Positions 52,060 through 64,000 of a stretch of DNA of 64,000 nucleotides are shown piece after piece. The DNA comes from Mobula hypostoma (Eukaryota), in assembly GCF_963921235.1 (NCBI RefSeq), contig NC_086097.1, positions 71,550,001 to 71,614,000 of the forward strand, in the 5' to 3' direction. Both the position numbers and the translations under genes were made by a program. Under the pieces are notes generated by a model, which was not told the DNA's origin, made no database searches, and was given only the letters and a program-made list of their open reading frames with translations. Each line of letters begins with the position of its first letter. Positions within the stretch are counted from its first letter, which is position 1.

Positions 52060-52415
52060 GAATATCGAAAAGCCTGGGCAGAGTGGACATGGGAAGAACG
52101 TTCCCATGAGTTGGAGAGTCTAGAATCTGAGAGCGGCCTCAGAATAAAGTGACATTCCTCTAGAACTGGAATGAGGTGGAATATGTTCAGCAAGACGGTA
52201 GGGAATCTGTGGAGGTTGTTGCCAAAGAGGTGCTGTGGAGGCAAAGTAACTGAGTGTATTTAAGGCAGAGATTGATAACTCTTTGATTGCTAAGGGAGTT
52301 ATGGGTTACAGGGAGAAGGCGACAGAATGAGCTTGAGGGAACAAAGCATTCATGATTGAACTGAGGAGCAGATTCAATGGACTGGATGGCCTCATTCTGC
52401 TCCTACATCTCATGG
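52060..52415 (+). mobile_element. CR1 LINE 3' fragment
   Basis: ATTTAAGGCAGAGATTGAT block and tail GGCCTCATTCTGCTCCTACATCTCATGGTC, shared with other CR1 copies. Confidence 0.75.
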
Positions 52416-52544
52416 TCCTGTTAAATTCCAAAGGCAAATGGTGGCACAATCTTCTGTCACAGCAAGTGGTTCCAGACTCTTAAGAAAATAGAGATTCTGA
52501 GATAGATAGCCTCCAACTTTCTCTATTCCTGTTTCTATCACTGC

Positions 52545-52910
52545 GAAGTAGGTAAGAGTTGACATCAGATCACTGGAAAATGATGCTGGAGAGGTGGTAA
52601 TGGGGCGCAAAGAAATGATGGGCGAACTCAATAGATGTATTGTGCTTGTCTTCACTGTGGAAGACACCAGCAGCAAGCCAGAAATTGGAGAGTGTCAGGG
52701 CGTGAGTAAGCTTAGTTGCTATTACTATTGAGAAGGTCCTTGGGAAGCTGAGAGGTCTGTAGGTAGGTAGGTCTCATGGATCAGATGGACTATACACCAG
52801 GGTTATGAAAGAGGTAATTGAAAAGATTGTGGAGGAATTATTAGTAATCTTTCAAGATTCACGAGATTCTGGAATAGTTCTGGGGGACTGGAAAATTACA
52901 AATGTCACCT
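52545..52910 (+). mobile_element. CR1 ORF2 fragment
   Basis: Similar to 42900-43250 (DWKITNVT). Confidence 0.7.
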
Positions 52911-52919
52911 TAAGGTCAT

Positions 52920-53189
52920 GTCAGGATGTGCTTTATCAACTACAGCTCAACATTTAATACCATCCTCCCCTCAAAACTAATCAATACATTTCAGGACCTT
53001 GGCTTCAATACTTGCTTGTGCAATTGGATCCTTGGTTTCCTCACTTGCAATCCTCAATCAGTTTGGATTGGTGAAATCATCTCTACGATCTCCATCAGCA
53101 CAGGTGCTTAGCCCCCTGCTCTACTCGCTTTACACTTATTACTGTGTGGCTAAGCACAGCTTCAATGTGATATTGAAGTTTGCTGATGA
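52920..53189 (+). mobile_element. Rex1/Babar-type RT fragment
   Basis: [45 protein letters not shown]. Confidence 0.8.
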
Positions 53190-55227
53190 TCCCTGGCCTT
53201 TAGCATTATCATGGAAAAGGATAGAATCAGAGAGGACAGGAAAATCTTTAATTGGGGAAGGGTAAATTATGAGGCTATAAGGCTAGAACTTGTGGGTGTG
53301 AATTGGGATGATGTTTTATCATCAGGGAAATGTACCATGGACATGTGGTCGATGTTTAGAGATCTCTTGCAGGATGTTAGGGATAATTTTGTCCCAGTGA
53401 GGAAGATAAAAAATGGTAGGGTGAAGGAACCATGGGTGACAAGTGAGGTGGAAAATCTAGTCAGGTGGAAGAAGGCAGCATACATGAGGTTTAGGAAGCA
53501 AGGATCAGATGGGTCTATTGAGGAATATAGGGAAGCAAAAAAGGAGCTTAAGAAGGGGCTGAGAAGAGCAAGAAGGGGGCATGAGAAGGCTTTGGTGAGT
53601 AGAGTAAAGGAAAACCCCAAGGCATTCTTCAATTATGTGAAGAAAAAAAGGATGACAGGAGGGAAGGTAGGACCGATTAGAGATAAGGTGGGAAGATGTG
53701 CTTGGAGGCTATGGAAGTGAGCGAGGTCCTCAATGAATACTTCTCTTCGGTATTTACCAATGAGAGGGATCTTGATGATGGTGAGGACAATATGAGTGAG
53801 GTTGATGTTCTGGAGCATGTTGATATTAAGGGAGAGGAGGTGTTGGAGTTGTTAAATACATTAGGACGGATAAGTCCCTGGGGCCTGACAGAATATTCCC
53901 CAGGCTGCTCCACGAGGCGAGGGAAGAGATTGCTGAGCCTCTGGCTAGGATCTTTATGTCCTCGTTGTCCACGGGAATGGTACCGGAGGACTGGAGGGAG
54001 GCGAATGTTGTCCCCTAGTTCAAAAAAGGTAGTAAGGATAGTCTGGGTAATTATAGACCAGTGAGCCTTACGTCTGTTGTGGGAAAGCTGTTGGAAAAGA
54101 TTCTTAGAGATAGGATCTCTGGGCATTTAGCGAATCATGGTCTGATCAGGGACAGTCAGCATGGCTTTGTATAGGGCAGATCGTGTCTAACAAGCCTGAT
54201 AGATTTCTTTGAGGAGGTGACCAGGCATATAGATGAGGGTAGTGCAGTGGATGTGATCTATATGGATTTTTAGTAAGGCATTTGACAAGGTTCCACATGG
54301 TAGGCTTATTCAGAAAGTCAGAAGGCATGGGATCCAGGGAAGTTTGGCCTGGTGGATTCAGAATTCGCTTGCCTGCAGAAGGCAGAGGGTGGTGGTGGAG
54401 GGAGTACATTCAGATTGGAGGATTGTGACTAGTGGTGTCCCACAAGGATCTGTTCTGGGACCTCTATCTTTCGTGATTTTTATTAACGACCTGGATGTGC
54501 GGCTAGAAGGGTGGGTTGGCAAGTTTGCAAACGACACAAAGGTTGGTGGTGTTGTAGATTGTGTAGAGGATTGTCAAAGATTACAGAGAGATATTGATAG
54601 GATGTAGAAGTGGGCTGAGAAGTGGCAGATGGAGTTCAACATGGAGAAGTGTGAGGCGGTACACCTTGGAAGGGCAAACTCCAAGGCAGAGTACAAAGTA
54701 AATGGCAGGATACTTGGTAGTGTGGAGGAGCAGAGTGATCTCGGGGTACATGTCCACAGATCCCTGAAAGTTGCCTCACAGGAGGATAGGGTAGTTAAGA
54801 AAGCTTATGGGGTGTTAGCTTTCATAAGTCGAGGGATAGAGTTTAAGATTTGCGATGTAATGATGCAGCTCTATAAAACTCTGGTTAGGCCACGCTTGGA
54901 GTACTGTGTCCAGTTCTGGTCACCTCACTATAGGAAGGATGTGGAAGCATTGGAAAGGGTACAGAGGAGATTTACCAGGATGCTACCTGGTTTAGAGAGT
55001 ATGGATTATGATCAGAGTTTAAGGGAGCTAGGGCTTTACTCTTTGGAGAGAAGGAGGATGATAGGAGACTTGACAGAGGTGTACAAGATAATAAGAGGAA
55101 TAGATAGCCAGCGCCTCTTCCCCAGGGCACCACTGCTCAATACAAGAGGACATGGCTTTAAGGTAAGGGGTGGGAAGTTCAAGGGGGATATTAGAGGAAG
55201 GTTTTTTACTCCGAGAGTGGTTGGTGA
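53190..55227 (+). mobile_element. CR1 LINE ORF2 (RT) copy, near-identical to 29.7-31.76 kb but inverted
   Basis: ORFs 53211-53720, 54344-54607 and 54629-55288 are nearly the same peptides as the minus-strand copy; the 3' terminus is missing. Confidence 0.92.
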
Positions 55228-58060
55228 CTGTCCTAGTCTTGGCAAGCACTATGACAACAAGTATGGAGTTAAATACTATCACAATTAAATAATTAGCTGA
55301 CACATGCAAATTCTGTAATCCACTGTGCTGCTGAATCCGTGGTTGTGAAGCCCCCCCCCCCGCCCCACTCCCAGGCGCAGTCCTTGAGGCGCCACAGACC
55401 TGTGTCCACTGGAAGTCCCGGATCAGTGACGTCCACGATGTCCTTCGCCGGGATCCAAGTACGTTTTTCTGGGCCATATGCTTTCCAGTCCACAAGGTGC
55501 TGGACCTTACCACATACCGGTGAGACGCCAGGAGGCATCGCAAGGTATAGACAAGGGATCAATCTACCAGCCGGGGAGGAGGTGAAGGTGTGGTGACTGG
55601 GGCCTGGGAGAGGTAGTAACCGGATTGAGCTGGGAAACATCGAATTATCGTTGGACCTTCAGTGATGCTAGTAGATGTTATCTGTAGGACACCTTGTTGA
55701 CAGCCTTTTCCACTACAAACAGTCCCACGTAGTGCGGTGCCATTTTCCAGTTTTTGACTTACAGAGGAAGAACCCTTGATGCCAACTAGACCTCCTCTCC
55801 TGGCTTGAATGGCCTTACCTGTTGACAGAGTTGATCAGCCTGTTGGGAATGCTGTTTCTGGGCACGCAGCAGAGAAGCCCTGGCTCGACTCCATGTGCGC
55901 TTGTGGTGCTGGATCATCTGTTCGGCTGCAGGAACTCCTACGTCAATCTCCTGATCGGGGAGGAGCGGGGGCTGGAGGTTATTGTGAGCGATCTCTGCCC
56001 AAACCAATTGGGAACTCCAGAACGTGGAGTTGGAAGAAGTAAGACAGTGCAGGGTTGCCTCCAACTCCTGGTTCACTCTCTCAGTCTGGCCATCAGATTG
56101 GGGGTGGAAGCCAAATGGGAGGCTGGCTGTGGCTCCTACAAGAGAGCTGAAAGCCTTCCAAAAGCGGGGATTGAACTGTGGTCCGCGATCAGACATGAGG
56201 AAAGCCATGGAACCTTGGCCTGTTGAACCATGAGCGTGACATGTTGAACCATGAGCGTGACAGTCTCACAAGCTGATGGGAGCCTGGGGAGGGAAATGAA
56301 GTGGGCAGCCTTGGAAAATCGATCCACAATGACCAAAACAATGGTTTTCCATTAGATGGGGGCACCAGTGATGATATCTACTGAGAGGTGGGACCAGGGG
56401 CGGTAGGGCACAGGCAGTGGACATAACAGACCCGCAGGATGCTGGTGTGATGTCTTGTTCCGAGCACAGGTGGGACATGCAGATACAAAGTCATGGACAT
56501 CCTGGGACATAAATGGCCACCAAAATTGTCTCTTTATAAACTCCTGAGTCCATTGAATTCCTGGTTATCCAGCCAGATGGGAGGAGTGACCCCATTCCAA
56601 TACTTTGGAATGCACTGCAGCAGGTACAAACTGCTGGTTGGGAGGTCCCCCATCCAGGCCTGGATCTGATTGTTGGGCGGCCCTCACCCCTGCCTCAATT
56701 CTCCAGATCATCGCAGCAATACACGAGCTAGGAAGAATGGGCTCTGGATCGGCATTGTCCTCAGATCCGTCCAACTGCCTGGAGAGAGCAGTGGCCTTCA
56801 TATTCTAGCTGCCAGGACGATAAGTGAGGACAAAATTGAACTGACTGAAGAGGAGAGCCCCACCGGTCTTGATGTGAGTTGAGTCTCTCAGCATCCTGAA
56901 TATAGGAGAGGTTCTTGTGATCTGTCCAGACCAAAAATGGATGTTCTGCCCCCTCCAGCCAGTGTCGCCATTCCTCCAGGGCCTCCTTGACAGTCAGAAA
57001 CTCCCGGTTCCCAACGTTGGTCGGAGTCAAACGACGGGGAAGAAAGGCACAGGGGTGCAGCCAGCTATCTGCAGATGAGCGCTGAGAGAGGACAGCTCCA
57101 ACGCCTACATCAGATGCATCCACCTTGACAATGAATGGCTGAGATGGGTCTGGTGTTGCAGCAGCGGGGCAGTGGTGAAACGTCACTTTATCCCAGAAAA
57201 TGCTTAGTTGACATCGTCTGTCCAATGGAATCCTGCCGAGGTCTTCTTGGTGAGTTCATTAATTGGAGCCGCGATGGAGCCAAAATTCTGGATGAAACGG
57301 TGATAAAAGTTTGCAAACCCCATGAAGCGCCGTACCTGTTTGACTGTAGATGGTTTGGGCTACTCTGCAACTGTCTGAACTTTACTAGGGTCCATTTGAA
57401 CACTGGATAAGGTAAGTATACAGCCCAAAAATGACACCTGGTCTTTATGGAATTCACATTTTTTCAGGCTTGGCATACAAGTTATTTCCAAGGAGGTGTC
57501 TGAGTACTCTCCGTAACTTCACTGAGAACAGATTCCATTGCCTGTAGCTTGTCTGCTACCTGACCAATGATTCTCACGGCCAAGGTCAGTTGCTCTCTCT
57601 CTGCTGGGTCCATCTTTGTTGTTCGAGACCTGCTGTCACCAGGTTCGGATCTGGCCCAAGTGCGGAGTGAGAGACACTGAAGCAGCTCGATAGTACACAG
57701 ACTTTAATGCGAGCAGTGCTAAAGGGGAAAGAAAACAATAAATGCTGGGCCTAAAAGGGCCGTTAGCTAAAACTCTCAAATGGGAAATGAAGCCTACACT
57801 GCGGCTGAAAAGAAGATCTAAACATTAAATGAATACCGCCAGCCTTCAGACTCAGTTGACTCAAAAGTGCAATTTCTCAGGGAAGGCCGAAAGCAAACAG
57901 ACAGCGAAGCATTGCTGTGCTCTGTCCAAGTCTGGACAAGCACTATAACGACAAGTATGGAGTTAAATACTATCACGATTAAATAATAATCAGCTGACAT
58001 GTGCAAATTCACAAGCGCAATTGCTGTATCTGCTGCGCTGCTGAATCCGTGGTTGTGACA
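55228..58060 (-). mobile_element. Internally deleted chromodomain Gypsy (Tf1/sushi-like) element
   Basis: Full LTR 57634-58060 (TGTCA..TGACA); partial second LTR 55228-55349 with an adjacent polypurine tract (C-run on plus, 55350-55368). Gag start MDPAE (ATG at 57613), RNase [20 protein letters not shown] and VWTDHKNL, integrase SDRGPQF and GQTERVNQ, chromodomain [18 protein letters not shown]. Confidence 0.88.
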
Positions 58061-58064
58061 GCTT

Positions 58065-58575
58065 ATCTACGACAGGATATGCTGGCATTGAGAGTGTCCA
58101 GAGAAGGTTCACCAGAATGATCTCGGGAATGAAAGGGTTGACTTTTGAGGAGCGTTTGATGGCCCTAGGTCTGTACTCATTGAAGTTTAGAAGAATGGAG
58201 GGGGGGGAATCTTTTTGAAAGCTATCAAATATTGAAAGACTTAAATGGAGTGGATGTGGAAAGGATGTTTTCTGTAGTGGGGGAGTCTAGCACTGGAGGG
58301 CACAGCCTCAGAATACACGTACATCATGTTAGAACAGAAATGAGGAGAAAGATTTTTCAGCAGAGGTTGGTGAACCTGAGAAATTCATTGCCACGGATGG
58401 CTGTGGAGGCCACATCATTGGGTATATATAATGCAGAGATTGATAGGTTCTTGATTAATAAGGGTGTCAAAGGTTATAGGGAGCAAGCAAGAGAATGGGG
58501 TTGAGGAGATGATAAATCAGCTGTGATAGAATAGTGGAAAGGCCTAATTCTGCTCCTATATCTTAGTCTTATGGT
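58065..58575 (+). mobile_element. CR1 LINE 3' fragment
   Basis: VQRRFTRMI..FEERL..LYSL remnants and tail GGCCTAATTCTGCTCCTATATCTTAGTCTTATGG. Confidence 0.85.
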
Positions 58576-60139
58576 TAAAGGTTTTGCTGTTAAATGGCAT
58601 CTCTGCACAACTCTGCTTGATATATCTCGACATCGGAAATGAATCTTGAGAAATGTTGATGCGCACAAATACAAACGTAATTTCATTTTGCAATGTAACT
58701 AAGAGCCAAAGATTTATCATGACGCCCCAGAAGCCAATTGTCTGCATGTCACAACAGGCACAGCTATGTGTTCGGATATGGCCCGTGCGAAGAGAGAGAG
58801 GCACTGAAGCAGGTTGATAGTTCACAGACTTTAATGTGAACCAGATTTTAAGGGAAAAATGAACAATAGTTGACACATGCATATTCACAAGCGCAATTGC
58901 CAAATCTGCATCGCAGCCTGCCTGCGGGGGCCTGTAGATCCTGCAGCCGAGTCCGTGGTTGTGTCCCTTCCATCAGTGACTTGTTCCTGAGGCACCACAA
59001 ACCTGCGCCCGCTGGAAGTCCTGGATGAACAACTTTTCCAGGATGTCCTTTGCAGGTTCCAAGAATATTCTTCAGGATCATACCCTTCCCAATCCACAAG
59101 GTACTGGACCTTACCCTGTACCCAGCGAGATGCTAGGAGGCACCGCACAGTATTGACCAGGGAACCATCCATCAAGTGGGGAGGAGAGGGAGATGAGGTA
59201 ACTGGAGCCAGGGGAGAGGTAGCAACTAGCTCGAGCTGGGAAACATAGAACACTGGGTGAATCTTCATTGATGCTGGCAGACGCAATCTATATGAGACCT
59301 TGTTGACAGACTTTCCCACTACATATTGTCCCACAGAGCGCAGAGCCAATTTGCAGCACTCAATTTTCAGGAGAAGATCCCTTGATGCCAACCAAACCTC
59401 CTCTCCTGGCTTGAAAGGCCTCACCAGTCGACAGTGCCGATCAGCCTGCTGGGAATGTCGTTTCTGGGTGCCCAGCAGAAAAGCCCTGGCCCACTTCCAG
59501 GAGTGCTTGTAGCGCTGGATCAGCTGTTCAGCAGCAGGAACTCCTACATCAATCTCCCAGCCAGGGAAGAGTGGTGGCTGGAATCCCTTCTAGCAATTGA
59601 AAAGGGACATGCCAATGGAGGACAACTGGAGATATTGTGGTCGATCTCTACCCAAACCAATTGGAAACTCCAGGACACGGGGATGGAAGAGGCAAGGCAG
59701 CACAGGGTTGTCTCCTACTCCTGGGTCACTCCCTCAGTCTGGCCATTGGATTGGGGGGGGGGGGGAACCAGACAAGAGGCTGGCCGTGGCTCCTACAAGA
59801 GAGTAGAAAGCCTTCCAAAAGCGGGAAATGAACTGTGGACCACGATCAGACGCTATGTCTTGAGGAAAGCTGTGGAGTCTGAAGACATAAGTCTGAACCA
59901 TGAAGATGGCAGTCTCACAAGCTGATGGGAGCTTGGAGATGGCAATGAAGTAGGCACCCTTGGGGAATCCAACCACAACAACCAAAATGGAAGTGTTTCC
60001 ATTAGAGAAGGGTATCTACTGTGAGGTGGGTCAAGGGGCGGTGAAGCACAGGAAGCAGACATAGCAGACCCACAGGGTCTTGTTCTGAGTGCAGGTGGGA
60101 CAGGCAGATACGAAGTCATAGACATCCTGGGACTTAGAT

Positions 60140-61357
60140 AAATGCTGCCTGAGCAGGGCAAAAAGCATTATCAAGGATGCATCTCACCCAAACCATGGAC
60201 TTTTTACTCTCCTCCCATCCGGTAGGCGCTACAGGAGCCTCCGCTCCCACACCAGCAGGCACAGGAAGAGCTTCTTCCCTGAAGCTGTGACACTGCTGAA
60301 CCTCACATCACAGCGCTAAGCAGTATTGCACCCATATTGTACTGTCTCAGTACTTTTATATTTGTGTGCTGTCGCACTTACTTTTTATTCGCAGTTATTT
60401 TGTAAATAACACTATTCTTTGCATTTCTGGTTAGATGCTAACTGCATTTCATTGGCTTTGTATCTGTACTCCGCACAATGACAATAAAGTTGAACCTAAT
60501 TGTGATCTGACCGGCAACAATGAATATAGAAATGAGTCAGGTTTTATAAACAAATAACCATTTATTAAACTCGGCTCATTGTTAGTAAATAAAAATAAAC
60601 AAATGAAAACCTTAACCGGAGGTAAACTGCTATGCGGCCATTTAACAAACCACCAAACTCAGTACTAGTTCTTAAAGCGGTAAATGCGAACACAGTTCTT
60701 AGTATGGTAAGCTTGAAAGTCCAAGAGATTTATACAGTCAATTAGGAGAGACTTTCCTGAAGTAAAGAATTCCTCAAAGACATGATGTTACTGCTGATCC
60801 CAGCCGGAACCTGCCTTGTCTGCAGAATTGACAACGATGGAAATAAAATGGTTTAAAGGCACTGCCCTTTTTCGCTGTAGAATAAACTAGATACTGCACA
60901 ACCTTTTCTGCTGCTTTTAGCAGAGGTTATCTCATGCAGATCACTCTTACTTGAATTAATGCAATAATGGTTGATCCTCAACTAAAACTGACTCCTTCAG
61001 TTTCCCGTCTTCACTCTCCAATACTACTGAAAAGGTACATCAACAAATCTGGCAGCTATTGGTGAAACTACCGGCCCAACACTTCTGTACCTTACAATAG
61101 AAAGTAAAACTCCATTTTAAAACTATACTGCGTCACAAAACTAATATGCAGCGTAGCGGAGTATCTGACTGACGATCTAACTGAAAACTAACTGCGTCAC
61201 CAGGAGTCTACCCTTATATACCTGGTGAGAATGGGTCATCACATGACCTCACATTGACAGGAAAATTACATCATGTGACCTCCGCAAGATCATTACATCA
61301 TACTCATAAGACAGTCACAAGATATCTATGAGGTATGTAACATAACCTAATCTAATC
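60140..61357 (+). mobile_element. Rex1/Babar-type LINE 3' fragment inserted in the Gypsy element
   Basis: IIKDASHPNHGLFTLLPSGRRYRSLRSHTSRHRKSFFPEAVTLLN, AATAAA and an (AATCT)n-like tail; TSD TAGAT at 60135-60139 and 61358-61362. Confidence 0.8.
60501..61342 (-). mobile_element. Solo LTR inserted into the LINE tail
   Basis: TGTGA...TAACA ends; flanks TAAT/TAAC (4 bp TSD, one mismatch). Minus-strand TATATAA near 61215 and AATAAA near 60563. It splits the LINE's AACCTAAT/AATCT tail. Confidence 0.7.
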
Positions 61358-64000
61358 TAGATGACCATGCAAATTGTCTCTTTATGAATTCCTGGGTCTG
61401 TTGAATTCCCGGATGGTCAGCCAGACAGGAGGAGTTACCACATTACAACACTTTGGGGACAAACACCCTATTGGAAGTTCCCCCCCCCCTCTGAGTCTAG
61501 GTCTAACTGTTGGGCGGTCCTCACCTCCACATCTATTCCCCAGGTCACCAGAGCAGCAATGCACAAGTGAGGAAGAATGGTCTCTGGATCAGCATTGTCC
61601 TCAGAACCATCAAACTGGTGGGACAGAGCATTGGCCTTGGCATTCTTACTGCCATGATGATAGGTGAAGATAAAATTAAACTGGGTGAAGAAGAGAGCCC
61701 ACTAGGCTTGATGAGAGTTGAGTCTCTTTGCATCCTGAATGTAGGAAAGGTTATTATGATCTGTCTCGTCCAACAATAGATGCTCTGCCCCCTCCAGCCA
61801 GCATCACCATTCCTCCAGGGCCTCCTTGACAGCCAAAAGTTCCTGGTTCCAGTATCATAATTATTCTTGGCCAGAGTCAAGCAATGGGAAACAAAGGCAT
61901 AAGGGTGTAGCTGGCTATCCACAGAAGAGCATTGAGAGAGGACAGTTTCAATGCCAACACTGGAAGCAACCACCTTGACTACGAATGGCCGTAATGGGTC
62001 CGGGTGTTGAAGCACTGGGGCAGTGTTGAAGCATCACTTTAATTCTGACAATGCTTGGTCAGCACCATCTGTCCAATGGAATCCTGCCGAGGTCTTCCTC
62101 GTGAGTGTATTTATGGGAACAGCAATAAAGCCTCAATTCTGGATGAAGTGGTGATAAAAGATTGCAAATCCCATGAAATGCTGTGCCTGTTTGACTATAG
62201 ATAGTTAGGACTACTCCGTAACTACCTGAACTTTACTCAAGTCCATTTGAACACTGGATGGGGTAAGTACTTAGCTCAAAAATGACACCTGGTCTTTCTG
62301 GAACTCACATTTCTTGTGCTTGGTGTACAGGTTATTTTTGAGGAGCTGTCTAAGAACCCTTAGGAGATGCTGGATGTGTTCCTGATGAGAATAGGAATAG
62401 ATCTGTCATCTAAATGCACAGAACAAACTGGTTCAACACGTCCCTGAGCGCATTATTAACTAGGGCCTGGAAAACAGCGGGCATGTTGGCCAGAGCAAAG
62501 AGCCTCACAAGGTACTCATGGTGGCCATTAGAGGTGTTGAAAACTGTCTTCTACTCATCTCCTTCTCTCATACAAAATCAGCTTATAAGCATTGCGATGA
62601 TCAATTTTGGAAAATCTGGTTGCTCTCTGGAGATATCCAAACACAGACGCCAGCAGGGGAAGAGGGTAGCGATTCTTCACAGTTGTTCAGGGGCCGATAA
62701 TTGATGCAGGGATGGAGCTTGCCATCTTTCTTGCTCTCAACAAAGAAGCTCGCTTCTGCTGGCAAGGTTAAGGGATGGATAAACCCCATGGCCAGTGCTT
62801 CCTTGGTGTACTCTTCCGTGGCGACTGTTTCAGGATGAGAGAGGGAAATGAGCTGATCCCAGCAAGGAATATATTGCCAGGTAGGAGGTCTATGGTGCAA
62901 TCATATGGCTGATTTGGAGGCAGGGAGGTGGCCTTGCTTTTACTGAAAACCTCAAAGAGATCCGCATATTCACCTGGAATCCCAGACAGGTCCACATCCT
63001 TAGCTGACACAGAAGAGGATTCATGGAACAGAACTTGAGCTGGACCCAGACTGGTAGACAGGCATACTGGTCCCCACACTTGGAGTGCTTTAAGAGATCA
63101 ATTGATCCCTAGGTTATGTTGGGATAACCGGGGGAGACTAAGCACCAGTGGGAGTTCGGGTGAATCAACCAGATAGAAAGAGAGTTCTTCACTATGGTTG
63201 CCTTCGAGCACAAGTTGGAGCCATTCGGTGGAAAGGTGGGTCGAGCCTGTGCCAGAAGTCGACCGTTTAGGGCCTTGATGTTGATCTTAAACTGTTAATG
63301 ATGTTAATCTTTTAATTCCTGAGTCAGAACTCCCCATCTTTGATCTAGAGAGATGAGTCCATGAGATTCCCGACTGCACCAGAGTTGATACATACTTTAA
63401 GTTCATGGGTCCGAGATCCCCATGATAAGGGAAAGTTAATTGTAGAGAGAACTGACCCATCAGGACCCCTCCCTGCTGTCGGGTATCCTCTTTCACTGCA
63501 CACTGGGGACATGAAGTCTGGGAATGTCCTGGATCACCATAATAGAGGTAGGAACCAGTTCTCCTGCACCAATCCCATTCTTCCTGGGACAGGCTCCTAT
63601 GCCCCACTTGCATAGGCTCCTCTGTGGACTGGGTACTGGATGATGAGGGAAAGGATGAGGAAAGATGGTGATCAGATAGTGTGCAGGAAACTTGAGATAT
63701 TCTCTCCCTGCACCACTCAGTTACCCGGTCGTCATCTTGAACAGCCAGGTTAATCAGATTATCCTGCTCATCAAGGACAGCAATCTCGTGTCAGAGCCTT
63801 GCGTTCAGTCCACGCTGGAAGGCCGCGATGAGAGGTCTCTCATTCCATCCCGCTTCCATTGCAAATGTGCAGAATTTGACTGCGTAGGCCCTCACCATCC
63901 TTCTGCCTTGGGGCATGTTCAGGAGTCAATGGGTAGCCTCCTGACCCCATACTAGAAGGTCAAACACCCTCCTTAAGTCTGCAATGAATAGATTAGATTA

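Larger units (their letters stand above)
58747..64000 (-). mobile_element. Second chromodomain Gypsy copy related to 55228-58060, running past the window end
   Basis: LTR remnant 58747-58965 similar to 57634-58060. Chromodomain KVQYLVDWEGYDPEEYSW, HPVFYVSQL, SDRGPQF, RNase [17 protein letters not shown] and [16 protein letters not shown], and a degenerate gag knuckle (EPMQVG..YYGDPGHSQTSCP). Confidence 0.88.

Noticed and set aside
58747..64000. Domesticated sushi-derived gene (PEG10/RTL-like)
   Set aside because: Multiple stops, frameshifts and nested insertions; a decayed transposon.
1..64000. CRISPR arrays, rRNA/tRNA genes, prokaryotic operons
   Set aside because: None seen; this is a vertebrate locus, and the only tRNA-like boxes are degenerate SINE heads.

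Overview
Vertebrate genomic window, most likely from a cartilaginous fish (inferred from the V-SINE/HE1-like, CR1, Rex1/Babar and Penelope repeat mix). It holds one protein-coding gene: intronless FOXG1 on the minus strand (8739-9968, 409 aa), with a GC-rich CCAAT/GC-box promoter, upstream ATGs and a miRNA-site-rich 3'UTR. About 1-23.4 kb is AT-rich yet CpG-retaining and nearly transposon-free, resembling a hypomethylated developmental-gene domain. From about 23.4 kb on, the sequence is CpG-depleted and dense in nested retroelements: CR1, Rex1/Babar, RTE, V-SINEs, three decayed Tf1/sushi-type Gypsy elements, solo LTRs and a pogo/Tigger remnant. The most striking non-obvious signal is a Penelope-like (GIY-YIG) retroelement with an intact-looking minimal type I hammerhead ribozyme (35179-35216). 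Related ~200 bp fold-back derivatives carry 14 bp target-site duplications and invert inside the ribozyme core. All calls were made by eye; no database search was run.
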